From the NCBI RefSeq assembly GCF_009914755.1, contig NC_060936.1: a stretch of 64,000 bases of DNA; one strand, given 5' to 3'. Shown piece after piece: positions 16,485-33,400 of this stretch. A model generated the notes under the pieces. The model made no database searches and had not been told where the DNA came from. It saw nothing but the letters and a program-made list of their open reading frames with translations. The position numbers and the translations under genes are program-made. Positions within the stretch are counted from its first letter, which is position 1. Each line of letters opens with the position of its first letter. Origin of the DNA: the human T2T-CHM13v2.0 reference genome, Homo sapiens.

Positions 16485-17501
16485 ATGGGGAAAAAACAGA
16501 ACAGAAAAACTGGAAACTCTAAAACGCAGAGCGCCTCTCCTCCTCCAAAGGAACGCAGTTCCTCACCAGCAACAGAACAAAGCTGGATGGAGAATGATTT
16601 TGACGAGCTGAGAGAAGAAGGCTTCAGACGATCAAATTACTCTGAGCTACGGGAGGACATTCAAACCAAAGGCAAAGAAGTTGAAAACTTTGAAAAAAAT
16701 TTAGAAGAATGTATAACTAGAATAACCAATACAGAGAAGTGCTTAAAGGAGCTGATGGAGCTGAAAACCAAGGCTCGAGAACTACGTGAAGAATGCAGAA
16801 GCCTCAGGAGCCGATGCGATCAACTGGAAGAAAGGGTATCAGCAATGGAAGATGAAATGAATGAAATGAAGCGAGAAGGGAAGTTTAGAGAAAAAAGAAT
16901 AAAAAGAAATGAGCAAAGCCTCCAAGAAATATGGGACTATGTGAAAAGACCAAATCTACGTCTGATTGGTGTACCTGAAAGTGATGTGGAGAATGGAACC
17001 AAGTTGGAAAACACTCTGCAGGATATTATCCAGGAGAACTTCCCCAATCTAGCAAGGCAGGCCAACGTTCAGATTCAGGAAATACAGAGAACGCCACAAA
17101 CATACTCCTCGAGAAGAGCAACTCCAAGACACATAATTGTCAGATTCACCAAAGTTGAAATGAAGGAAAAAATGTTAAGGGCAGCCAGAGAGAAAGGTCG
17201 GGTTACCCTCAAAGGAAAGCCCATCAGACTAACAGCGGATCTCTCAGCAGAAACCCTACAAGCCAGAAGAGAGTGGGGGCCAATATTCAACATTCTTAAA
17301 GAAAAGAATTTTCAACCCAGAATTTCATATCCAGCCAAACTAAGCTTCATAAGTGAAGGAGAAATAAAATACTTTATAGACAAGCAAATGCTGAGAGATT
17401 TTGTCACCACCAGGCCTGCCCTAAAAGAGCTCCTGAAGGAAGCGCTAAACACGGAAAGGAACAACCGATACCAGCCACTGCAAAATCATGCCAAAATGTA
17501 A
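16485..17501 (+). CDS. ORF1: LINE-1 ORF1p, RNA-binding/nucleic-acid chaperone (338 aa, uninterrupted)
   Basis: MGKKQNRKTGNSKTQS..., coiled coil, RRM, REKG, ARR and YPAKLS motifs present. Confidence 0.97.
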   Translation: MGKKQNRKTGNSKTQSASPPPKERSSSPATEQSWMENDFDELREEGFRRSNYSELREDIQTKGKEVENFEKNLEECITRITNTEKCLKELMELKTKARELREECRSLRSRCDQLEERVSAMEDEMNEMKREGKFREKRIKRNEQSLQEIWDYVKRPNLRLIGVPESDVENGTKLENTLQDIIQENFPNLARQANVQIQEIQRTPQTYSSRRATPRHIIVRFTKVEMKEKMLRAAREKGRVTLKGKPIRLTADLSAETLQARREWGPIFNILKEKNFQPRISYPAKLSFISEGEIKYFIDKQMLRDFVTTRPALKELLKEALNTERNNRYQPLQNHAKM

Positions 17502-17540
17502 AGACCATCGAGACTAGGAAGAAACTGCATCAACTAATGA

Positions 17541-21389
<3,849 letters not shown>

Positions 21390-21615
21390 ACAATGAGATC
21401 ACATGGACACAGGAAGGGGAATATCACACTCTGGGGACTGTGGTGGGGTCGGGGGAGGGGGGAGGGATAACATTGGGAGATATACCTAATGCTAGATGAT
21501 GAGTTAGTGGGTGCAGCGCACCAGCATGGCACATGTATACATATGTAACTAACCTGCACAATGTGCACATGTACCCTAAAACTTAGAGTATAATAAAAAA
21601 AAAAAAAAAAAAAAA

Positions 21616-21675
21616 GAAAAGGACATTAAAGTATACACAAACTGGACCTGTAAAAAAAAAAAAAAAAAAAAAAAA
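21616..21675 (+). other. First 3' transduced segment with its own poly(A) tail
   Basis: gaaaaggacATTAAAgtatacacaaactggacctgt then A24 (21652-21675); ATTAAA 21 nt upstream of the tail; lies inside the TSDs. Confidence 0.85.
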
Positions 21676-21917
21676 GAAATGGGAGGGAGGAATTGAGTAT
21701 ACTCTGTTATAAGTTAACCGCACTATACATGCGAAGCAGTATAGTATTGTTTGAAGGTAAACTCGGATTTGTTTAAAATGTTTATGGCAAGCTCTAGGAT
21801 AACCTCTAAATTTTTTAAAAAGAAATATAATTGATACATTAAAAGAGGAAACAAAATGAAATAAAATAAAATGTTCATTTAAAATAAAAAAAGCAGAAAA
21901 AGAAGGAAAAAAGAAAA
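21676..21917 (+). other. Second 3' transduced segment (resembles an ancient L1M fragment) with an A-rich tail
   Basis: Unique ~240 nt with AATAAA motifs at ~21859-21888 followed by an A-run merging with the 3' TSD. Confidence 0.85.
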
Positions 21918-21937
21918 AAAAAAAAAAGAGGCTGGTG
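21918..21937 (+). repeat. 3' copy of the L1 target-site duplication
   Basis: aaaaaaaaaagaggctggtg identical to 15556-15575. Confidence 0.93.
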
Positions 21938-22064
21938 AGTGCTGGTCTCCTGAAGAGCAGTCTCTTGTGGTATGGAGTAGGTGAAAACCTAAAGAGAGCA
22001 TTAAGGAGAGTAGAAAGTGAAGAAGTCAGAGTGAGATTTGGTGTACACATACAATAATAAATAA

Positions 22065-24950
22065 ATAAATATTATGGCCAAGTGGAATTTATCCCTGGCA
22101 TGCGAGACTGTTTTAACATATGTTAATCCGTCAACATAATACATTACATTAATGGGACAAAAAAAATCACATAATCATCTCAATTGATGTGGAAAAGGCA
22201 CTTGAAAAAGTTCAACATCTTTTCTTGATAAAAACTCTAAACATTTCAGGTATAGAAGGAAAGTTTCTCAACATAATAAAAGTCATTTATGTAAAACCCA
22301 CAGACGATATTATAATTATTACAGAAATACTGGAAGGTTTTCTGCTAAGATCCAGTGCAAGGCAAGGATGCCCATGATACTATATGTAAGAATAATCCAA
22401 AAATTACACACACACACACACACAGAAACAGAGGGAGAGAGAGAACTGTTCACACTAACAAATTTAGTGTCATGACAGGACACAAAATCAACATACAAAA
22501 AATGAGCATTTTTATACACAAATAACAAACTAACTGAAAAAGAAATCATAAAACTATCTCATTTATGATGGCATTAAAATACTAGAAATATATTTAACTA
22601 AGGAAGTGAATGATCTGTACACTAAAACTATAAAATGCTGATGAAAGAGATTGAATAAAACAAAAAAATGAAAAAATATTTTCATGAAAACATAAAACTC
22701 CCCAAACAGCCAAATAAATTCTGAGAACAATAAAGTAGACATGACACTTCCTGACTTAAAACTATCTTACAAAGCTATATAAATAAAAACAGTAGGTGGG
22801 TTAATCCTGATTTGCATCACTATAAAGAAACACCTGAAGCTGGGTAATTTATAAAGAAAAAAGGTTTATTTTGTCTCACAGTTCTGCAGGCTGTACAGGA
22901 AGCATGGTACTGGCATCTGCTCCTGGTGAGGCCTCAGGAAGTTTACAACATGGTGCAAGGAAAAGGGGAAGCTAGTTTATCAATTGGTGAGAGTTGGAGC
23001 AAGAAAGAGAGGCAGAGGTGGTCCCAGATTTTTAAACAGCCGGATCGTGTGTGAACTAATTGAGCTAGAACTCACTTATCACCAAGGGATGGTGCTAAAC
23101 CTTTCATGAGGGATCTGCTCCCATGATCTAATCACCTCCCACCAGGTCCCACTTCCAGCTTTGGGAATCACTTTTCAACATGAGATTTGAAGAGGACAAC
23201 ATACAACCCATATCAGTGTGGTGCTGGCATAAAAAGAAATACATAAAACAGTGGTACAGAATGGAGAGCCCAGAAGTAAATCCAAACATATATGGTTCAA
23301 ACTAATTTTTGACAAGGATATCAAGAGGAAACTGTGAGGAAAGGATGGTCTCTTCAATAATTGGTGCTAAGCAAACTAGATTTCCCCATGTAGAAGATTG
23401 AAATTGAACCCCTATCTTACCTCTTCCACAAAAGTAAACTCAAAATGGATAAAAGACCGGAAAATATAAAACTCTTAGAAGAGAATATAAGGGAAAAACT
23501 GTTTTACGTTGCCCTTGGCAGTGATTTTTTGGAGATCACACCAAAAGCTCAGGCCATAAAAACAAAATTAAATAAGTGGAATAACATCAAATTGAAAAAC
23601 TTCTGCACATCAAACAAAGCAATCAACAAAATGAATGGCAGTTTGTACATTAGAGAGGATATATTTACAAGTCATATAGCTGATAAGGGGTTAGTATCCA
23701 AACTTTATAAAGAACTCATACAGCTCAATAGTAGAAAAACAAATAACCTGATAAAAAATAGGCAAAAGACCTGAATAGACATTTATCCAAAGACATCAAA
23801 ATCACTAACAAACATATGAAAAACGCTCAACATCATCGATCACCAGAAAATGAAAATCAAAACCACTATGAGATACCACTTCACAGGCATCAGGAGGGCT
23901 ATTATCAAAAAGTCAGAAGATAACAAATATTAGAGAGAGTGTGGAGAAAAAACCTCTTGTGCACTGTTGGTAGGAATGTAGACCAGTACAGCCATTATGA
24001 AAAGGAGTAGGAAGATTTTTTTAAGAAATTAAAAATAAAACTACCATATTATCCAAAAATTCCTCTTCTGGGCATATACCTAAAAAAGTGAAATCACCGT
24101 TTGATAAAGATATCTGAAATCCCATGTTCGCTGCTGCATTATTCAAAATAGCTAAGACATGGACACAATCTAAGTGTCTGTTGATGGATGAATGAAGAAA
24201 GAAGAAAATATATATATGTATAAAGTAGAATTATAGACTATCATATATATAGAATGGAATATTAAATATTATGTTATATAAAAATATCATTATATAATAT
24301 ATGTAATATACAATACATAAAATGGAATAATATAATATTCCATCATATATAATAGCATATTCAATTTTATATATATGTAATGGAATATTTTATATATATA
24401 ATGGTCTATTCCATTATATATATACATATATATAAAAGAATATTCTTCAGCCTTAAAAATAAACTCAATACTGCCATTTATCACAACATGAAAAAGCTTG
24501 GAAGACATTATGCTAAGTGAAATAAGCCAGACACAGAAGGCAAAATATTGCATGATTTCACTTGTATGTGAAATCTATAAAAAAGTCAAATATACAAACA
24601 GAGAGGATCAAACAGTGGTTAATGAGAGGAGGGAGTGAGAATAAGGATGAAATTGGGACATATAGGTTAGAGGATATAAAGTGGCAGATATGCACGATGA
24701 ACACTTCTCAAGATCTAATGTACAACATGAGGACTATTGGTAATAAAATTGTACTATATTTACGATTCATTCTAAATGAGCAGATTTTAGAAAATGGCTC
24801 TGGAAACAAAACAAACACAAAATGGGTAACAATGTGAGATGATGGATATGTTAATTTGGTTCACTATATTAACCTCTTTTGCTATCTATATGTATCCCAC
24901 AGCATGTTGAATATCTTAAATATACACAGTAAAATTTATTTTTAAAAATT
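22065..24950 (+). mobile_element. Old L1MA-type element (degenerate ORF2 3' half plus 3' UTR), interrupted by an MST LTR
   Basis: ORF2-like peptides (EKVQHLFLIKTL, IKLLEENIREKL, KGLVSKLYKEL); L1MA-type 3' UTR ending taaaatttatttttaaaaa. Confidence 0.88.
22797..23215 (-). mobile_element. MST-family MaLR solo LTR
   Basis: ctgggtaatttataaagaaaaaaggttt...ttctgcaggctgtacaggaagcatgg...catgagatttgaag...catatca. Confidence 0.88.
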
Positions 24951-27520
24951 AAATGTATAGTATTTTATGTGCATAAGATGATAGTGATGAAGCTATTAGA
25001 CTACATGTTCCTTGAGATCAATTTACAAACCTAGGAAAATATTGTAATACTAATCAAGTGTGTGTCTCAAATTTCCAAATATGTCTTAACTCTGCAGGAA
25101 TTTTTAGCCTCCCCCTTTCCCTCAACACATACTGGTCTCTGGATGAAGAGCTTTAATTTACAACCCCCCCCAAAAAGTAGCCTGTGAGCACTTAAAAGAA
25201 AACATTACTTGTTTCCTTTAATTTTTTAGGGTATCTAAAGTTGCACTGATTAAATATTAAATAATAACAGCAGCACAAAAATGAATGTGAGAATGTGATT
25301 TCCAACTCAGGTCCCACAGATAATTCAACATATCCTTTCAAGCTGGAATTCTTTTTGTTTCTCTTCTATAGCACAAGGACATTGTGCCTTAATCTACTAA
25401 AATAAAACAAACCAAAAAAGAGAAAAGTAGCAATTGAGGGGAAAAAAAAAGACATGATTCTTATCTTGTCAGCATTTGTGACTTAACTGTATAATCCTGG
25501 ATCCCTTGAAAGTCACAGAAAGAAACATGCTTAGCCTAGAAAACAACAGCAAACTATTGGAAAAGGGCTTCAGTGGGGGATGGTTAACACAGTTCCCACT
25601 GCATCACAGTTGTAGGCTCTGTCAGATTTTGACAATGCCAAGACATCTACCGAAACAAAATGAAACAAACAAAACAAAAATCTCTCAGCAAATCTGCAAT
25701 GGTGGGCATCACCTTTTTATATGTCGGCCAGAAATACATTCTATAAAATATACTTTAAATAGATTTTTGTTATTCATATTCAATCTGCAAAGTATTATCT
25801 AGGAAAAAATATGTTTTGTTTACATAGCAACAAACAAATTAGAAGGTGTTTTTCTTACTCAAATTGTCTGATGAATTGGGAATCATATAGAATACAACTT
25901 GAAGGAGAAGGCTAACCATAATGCATTATTCATACCTTGATTGAGAATGCTAAATCTAAAACAAGAAGTTAAAAATAAAAGTTAATGTCTTTTTAAAACA
26001 AATCAAGAATGGAAATATGGGTAGAGTTTGTTGAAGCCCAAAGGCAAATTGGTGCTTAAAATCTGTTGCTAGTACTTATGTTGGTTGTATAGATGTCATT
26101 GCCACCTGCATATGTCTGTTTATGCCATTGTGCCCATGTATCGTGTGTCTGCCCTGTACTTTTGGAATAAGTTGCTCTATTTCCTGAAGCAACCATTATA
26201 TAGCAAATGATTGCTCAATATATCACCAAGGCCCAAAGAAAGAATATGCATACAACTCAAAGCCATCTGCTATTCCAAATGCCATTTATGGAGTAAACAA
26301 GGATTGATTTAATCTGTGGACATTTATAAACTGATTCATGTGAAAGAAAGCAATGCTGAACATAAAAACTGGATTTTCTCAAATTGCTATGGATTGTTCA
26401 TAAAGAGATCACTAAACTCAGAGCTCTTTAAGGTCATGTCTTAATCATTAGTTTATATCCAGGTCAATAAACATTGATTACATGTTGTATATTAAACAGA
26501 TACCCTGTTCATGTAATGCTCTGAGTATGGATGACAGTCATAATAGAAAAAATAATAATTAACATATGCTGAGGACTTAGATGTTGTAATAAGAAATTTA
26601 TATGTTGTTTTATGTAATCTTCAAAGTTACATTAAGAAGAGGACATCATTATTCTTATTTTAGAGGTGACATCAAGAGGGATTGCGTAATATGCGCAAGA
26701 GACAGTAAAAGGAGGTGACTATAGGAAAGAGTGGTGGCTAAAGTATCACCAGTCCTAAAAATTATGCTTAAGTTCTCATCTAGAATTCTTGGATAAAATA
26801 TTGACTTAAAATTAAGGAGACTTTATTGTTGTTTTTTTTCTTTGTCTTAATGAGAAGAGTAAGCAAGTAAAAGCAGATGCTCTTGTCAATATTTATAGCT
26901 GAAAAAATATTCTGTTTGTTAATGATATCGTCTATATATTCTGGAATTATTTTTATAATTTCTAGTGTCAGAGCTTGACCACAAATACGTCCAGAAAGAG
27001 ATTACCCTATGGAGGCCACAAAGAAAATATATGGAACAGACAGAAGAATCATGTCTACTAGAAAATGTTGGGCATGATTTCTGACACATGAAACTCACTC
27101 AAAGCAAATAAATCAGAATACTAATTTTTTGAAGAAAATGTAGCATCCGAGAAACTGGCTTTAAAAAGATGTGAGGCAGCTTTGATAACTATTTAAAGCA
27201 AATCTTGGGCCCATAATCTTCTACGAGTAGAAATAAAGTTTTAAAACATACCTCAGATGTGGCTAAGGAAAACAATATTCTAGGAGGAGCATCCTAGAGG
27301 TCTGATCAAGGAGAATACGGAGAAATAACAACAAGGAAAGTCCTCCCAGACAGCTGACTCAAAGTCTAGTCAAGGAAGCTCCCCAAACAAGGGATCTTCC
27401 CTATCCAGGAAAGGGTCTTTTGCATAGCCTGACTGGCAGGACTTTATGTTTACTACAAACAAACCAATACCTTTTCTTTCATTTTCAGAATATGGCTATT
27501 TTGTGATTATGCTCTCCTTG

Positions 27521-29803
27521 TGTGTATTACTCCATTTTCACACTGCTTATAAAGACATACCCAAGACTGAGAAGAAAAAGTAGGTGTAATAGACTCACAC
27601 TTCCACGTAGCCTGGAAGGCCTCACCTTTATGGTGGAAGGCAAAAGGCACTTCTTACACAGTGGCAGCAAGAGATAATGAGAGAGAAGAGAAAGCGGAAA
27701 CCCCTTCTAAAACTATCAAATCTCATGAGACTTATTCACTACCACGATAACAGTATGGGGGAAACTGCCCCCCGTGATTCTATTATCTCCCACTGGGTCC
27801 CTCCCACAACACATGGGAATTATGAGAGTAGAATTCAAGCTGAGATTTGGATGGGGACACGGAGCCAAACCATATCATTCCTCCCCCAGACCCTGCCAAA
27901 TCTCATGTCCTCACATTTTAAAACCAAGCATGCCTTCCCAACAGTCCCTCAAAGCCTTGACTCATTTCAGAATTAGCTCAAAAGTCCACAGTCTAAATAA
28001 AGTATTATCTGAGACAAGGCAAGCTCCTTCTGCCTATGAGCCTACAAAATCAAGAGCAAGTTAGTTACTTTCTAGATACAACGGGGGTTCAGGCATTGGG
28101 TAAATACAGCAGTTCCAAATGGGAGAAATTGGCCAAAACAAAAGGGCTTCAGGACCCATGTGAGTCAGAAATCCAGCATGGCAGTCAAATATTAAAGTTC
28201 CAAAATTATCTCCTTTGACTCCATGTCTCTTATCCAGGTCATGGTGTTGCAAGAGGTGGGTTCCTATGGCCTTCGGCAGCTCTGCCCATGGCTTTACAGT
28301 GTACTGCCTCCTCCCAGCTGCTTTCATGCACTGGCATTGAGTATCTAGCTTTTCCAGGCACACACCGCAAGCTGTCAGTGGACCTACCATTCTGGAGTCT
28401 GAAGGATGGGGGCCCTCTTCTCACAGCTCCACTAGGGGGTGTCCCAGTAGGTAATCTGTGTGGGGCCTCTGATTCCACATTTTCTTTCCTATTGCCCTAG
28501 CAAAGGTTCTCCATGAGAGCCCTGCCCCTGCAGCAAACTTCTGCCTGGACATCCTGGTGTTTCCATATATCCTCTGAAATCTAGGCAGAGGTTCCCAAAC
28601 CCCAATTCTTTACTTCTGTGCCCTGGCAGGCTCAATACCACGTGGAATCTGTCAAGGTTTAGGCTTGACACTTGCACCCTCTGAAGCCACGGCCTGAGCT
28701 ATATGTTTGCCCCTTTCAGCCATGGCTAGAGTGGTGGGAGGCAGGGCACCAAGTCCCTAGGCTGCACACAGCATGGGGACACTGGGTCTGGCCTATGAAA
28801 CCACTTTTTCCTCCTAGGTACCTGGGCCTGTGATGGGAGGGGCTGCCTTGAAGACCTCTGACATACCCTGGGGATATTTTCCCCATTGTCTTAGGGATTA
28901 ACATTTGGCTCCTCATTACTTATGCAAATTTCTGCTGCCATTTTGCCTCAGAAAATGGGTTTTTCTTTCCTTTCACATTGTCAGGCTGCAAATTTTCCAG
29001 ACTTTTATTCTCTGCTTTCCTTATAAAACTGAATGCCTTTAACAGCACCCAAGGTATCTCCTGAATGCTTTACTGCTTAGAAATTTCTTCTGCCAGATAC
29101 CCTAAATCACCTCTCTAAAGTTCAAAGTATTACAAATCTCTAAGACAGAGGCAAAATGCCACCAGTCTCTTTGCTAAAACATATCAAGAGTCACCTTTGC
29201 TCTAGTTCCCAACAAGTTCCTCATCTCCATCTGAGATGACCTCAGCCTGGACCTTATTGTCCATATCACTATCAGGCTTTTGGCCCAAGCCATTCAACAA
29301 GTCTCTAGGAAGTTCCAAACTTTCCCACATTTTCCCATCTTCTGAACCCTCCAAACTGTTCCAACCTGTGCCTGTTACCCAGTTCCAAAGTTGCTTCCAC
29401 ACTTTTGGGTATCTTTTCAGCAGCACCCCACTCTACTGGTACCAATTTACTGTATTAGTCTGTTTTTATGCTGCTAATAAAGACATACCAGAGACTGGGA
29501 AGAAAAGATAGGTTTAATGGACTCACAGTTTCACGTGGCTGAAGAGGCCTCACAATCATGGCAGAAGGCACAAGGCACTTCTTACATGGTGGTACAAGAG
29601 AGAACGAGAGAGACACCCAAGTAGAAATCCCTTATAAAACTATCAGATCTTGTGAGACTTATTCACTACCGTGAGAGCAGTATGGGGGAAACTGCCTCCA
29701 TGATTCAATTATGTCTCACCGGCTCCTTCCCATAACACATGGGATTTATGGAAGTACAATTGAAGATGAAATTTGGATGGGGACACAGAGCCAAACCATA
29801 TCG
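27521..29803 (-). mobile_element. Complete THE1 (MaLR) provirus: LTR 27523-27877, internal region 27878-29450, LTR 29451-29803
   Basis: Two ~355-bp direct repeats (tgtatta...ccaaaccatatc), THE1-int sequence between them, 5-bp TSD ccttg at 27516-27520 and 29804-29808. Confidence 0.95.
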
Positions 29804-29829
29804 CCTTGTTTCACCCTTAAATAATTAAG

Positions 29830-30467
29830 TAGTGATGGGAGCAGGATGTGCAAATAATATACCTTTTTTGACAGTAAACCTTAGACCAAAAGGAGTCATA
29901 GCTAGACCCAATTGAAAAGAATTAACATAACCTAAAGATCCTAAAATTTGAGCTGTATGTCATGATTGACATACTTTTGTGGTTGACAGCTTTGAGGTAG
30001 GCTGAACGTTTTCTATATGTGAGGAATAGTGAAAAAGATATGGGTAACAAGAAGGAACTAGCTAGCTACTCAGAAACTCTCTTGCCTGTTTTGGAGAACA
30101 TTAAGACATATGCCAGCTTTCCTGGCAGTAAGGTTGTGACTTTGTAATTAGATTTGGACAATAAAAAGCAGGGCAAAGTGATGTGATTCCACTTCCAAAA
30201 GTAAACTCTCAAATGCCAAATTTTCCTCCCTCTCTCTCTCTGTCTCTCTTTGTTTCTGTAGCCATAAGAAAATGACTTCAAGATAGAGAAGCCACACAAT
30301 AAAAGGAGCCCAGATAATCAAGTCACCCTTTCAAAAAGAGATTTTCAGGTGATCCACACTACTAACAGTAGATTATGACATGAGGAACAAGATTTATGAA
30401 CACACATAAAGCCCTTTGATTTGGGGGAGGTTTGTTATGGCAGCTAACAGCATTCCCCTGTCTAATA
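29830..30467 (+). mobile_element. Old MLT1-type internal 3' end plus LTR
   Basis: Degenerate MLT1 motifs (agaagccacacaataaaaggagccc, tttgttatggcagct...ctaata). Confidence 0.5.
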
Positions 30468-33400
30468 TGTGACTCATACATCCTTGTATATCTTACTCAA
30501 ATCTCACTTATTTGCTCATGGTTTTTAGCAATGCCAACCCCTTAATATTATGTAGGGAAAGGGTGTCAGATCGATACAAAACATGTGGCAGGTGAGATAG
30601 AGTCACCTTCTTCTAGCATCTGCAGTGATAGGATATTGGAATTTTCTTTTCCCCACTGGAAAATTCTGATGAATTCAAGTTATCCTCCCCGTCTCTTTCC
30701 TGTCCTAAACATGTGTGTGTGCACACACACACAGAGGAAAGAGAGAGAGGAGAGTGTGTGTGTAATAGAGGAGAGAGAGTGTGTGCTGTTCAACCTCTGA
30801 GGTATTCTCATCTGGTGGTAAGGATGTAGGATAACACTGTTTACGGTTGATGACTTGCTCACACAGCAAGAGTATATCTCAAAAATTCAGCCACCCAGAA
30901 ATCACAAAATGATTGCACCCCATTTGGTAATATAGAATAGCAGAGAAAAGTCCATTAAATGAATTTTATCCACTCTATATGAATATAAAAATATGAGCCA
31001 TAACGCAGGGCAAATCTCTGAGTAAGCCAGAGGAGCTCAGGCTGATTCCTGATATGAGTCTAATGATGAGTCATGGCCAAGCTATTTATAACAGAGTCAG
31101 TCCCGGCAAGAGGTAAGAGCCTGTGCAAAGCTTCACTAAAACCGGAGTTTCTGCTGGCAGCTACCATACTAAAGAAACACATGTGATACCGTCAATGCAG
31201 TGTCCCTGTGTAATAAACCAACAAACCCTTCATATTCTTTTAGTATCCATCTATGGAATGAGAATATTAACATAGTTACATAAACTAGCCTCTAATTTTG
31301 GAAGCTACTTAAAGCAGAATTATCAAAGATTTTTGTCTTTGGCTATAAATGTGATTTCAAACATTAAAAGAAGGCTGTTTAATAAAGACAAGAAAACTAG
31401 ACTGAGTTAATGTAATACATTACAAACATGAAATTGATTAAATACAGCAAAAAAAAACCTCCCAGATGCATTCAGGAACATCATAAAGAATATTGAGTCT
31501 TCAGTATGTACCATATAGTTACACTGCAAAAAATTTCATTTGGTAATTTGAAAACTATTTGAAACTAATTTCATTTGAAATTTTGGAGGCTGGCTAAATG
31601 GATTTGCACAAATATAATTTGTGCAATATATATAGATATTAAGAAAATAGAAACAATTTTCTTTCATTTTGCATATATGGAGAGATGGCTGAACAACTTT
31701 AACTGCAAGCAATTTTGTCTAACCCAGGTAACAACAAGATACAAGAACCAACTACGTCAGGATCACTGGGTTCCTTTTTCTCACGCAGTTATATGGGACC
31801 CATACCATATAGCTAGAATCAGAATTATATTTTGAGTGTTGCTAGAAGCTTCATTTTTCTAACTCTCCACTTATCTTCCCTAAAGTTAGTGGGATCATCA
31901 TCATTTGCACAAAAATATATTAGAAAGTTGTCTGGAACCTTTCAGCTTTGAGATTATAAACTAGATACCTTGTAAGATTTTTATAGTGGTTAAAGATAAG
32001 GAATGTGAAGCATCTGGCCTGACATAAAGCTGGCATATATTAAATTTAAAAATATTGAGATAACATGGAAAATAAAAATGCATAGGTAAGTAGTATTATT
32101 TACTCAATCTCATCAAAATGCCAATTCATGTTTCATCTTCACGACACTACAGATAGGGATCTAATACTAATAAACTTATCTTAAATAACAGGGGAATGAG
32201 TCACTCTTAAAAAAAATCTCATCCTTGAGTTAGAGAATTATTATGTAAGCCATTTTGGGATTGGGGTCCAGGTTTTTTGCATCTCAGAATTGAGCTCCCT
32301 TAGTTTTCTTCATCTTGCAAAATGTGGAAAACAGAAAATTTTATAGGGTCTCAAAGAATCCATCTTTCCTTTTCAAGGCCAGTGTTTCCAATTTGAAAAA
32401 CCCATAATTTATATGTGTGGTGGGCATATTTCCTTAGTTAACTATCATCTGCTTTTAAGGTGATCCTCAATGTCATGTGATGTAAAGGGCTATTTAAAAT
32501 AGCCATCTAAAATAGACAAATTGGCCTGATAATTTCATCTGCAGTTGCTTCTCAAGGAGAATTAACTGATCTTTTCTCTCAGCTGTTACAAAGACAGATA
32601 ATATACAACCAGCTGTTGTGGATGCCCCTCCCTCCTATTTTAAATACACAATTTCAAAGAAAAAATGAATAAAAATAAAGAAGAAGGCACTTTCAAATAG
32701 GTTTACAATATTTGGTTGTGGGTTACTTAAATGGCTATGTTAAATCTTTTCTACATTAGGATAAAAAATTAAGGAAGAGATTGGTAAAGATAGGAGATGA
32801 ATAATTTTAAAAACCTGTGAAGAGTTTTGATAAAAGACCTTTATCACGACACAGTGAAGCTGGGGGGAGTGAAGAGCTATTGGCTTCATAGGCTTTTTAG
32901 ACATACATTGAAAATTCACAGAGCCACAGAATTTGAATGAAGTGAATGACCTCTCCACAGCTTTGCAAAAGCAAGACTATGGCTGCTGAAGGAATCTCAA
33001 TACAATGAAAGCATTTGGGGAGAGCATTTTTATCACTGTTGATAACTAAAAAGTGCACCTGGCTTCTGAACTGCAGAGTTATTTTTTTATCATTATGAAA
33101 AGCTTTTTAAGATTAAAGGAAATCATCTAAGATTTTATCTGTAAGAAGGTAGAAGAGGAAGTAGGACACACAAAAGTACAGCGAGTGAGCAAAAATAGCA
33201 ACGCTGAATAAAACCAGATGAAGCTTGAAGTACGAACATATTATTTATTCATTTGACAGTCTTTGGAATCAAACAAGAATTACATGTTTTGAATACATCA
33301 AATATTAGAATTTTCCAGGGATCACAAAAAAATAAAAAGAAGGAAAGCAGCGGCAAGGATCACATTATATCCTAAGATGAAGCTGCGGGAGGGTAGCTGT

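Noticed and set aside
21481-21520. Assignment as an active L1HS-Ta element
   Set aside because: The diagnostic trinucleotide is GAG rather than ACA, and ORF2 is frameshifted twice.
21596-21630. TSD expected directly after the first L1 poly(A)
   Set aside because: The sequence there (gaaaaggacatt) does not match the 5' flank; the match is at 21918-21937.
27677-29511. Cluster of overlapping ORFs
   Set aside because: All lie in THE1 LTR/internal sequence; they are short, fragmented and on both strands.
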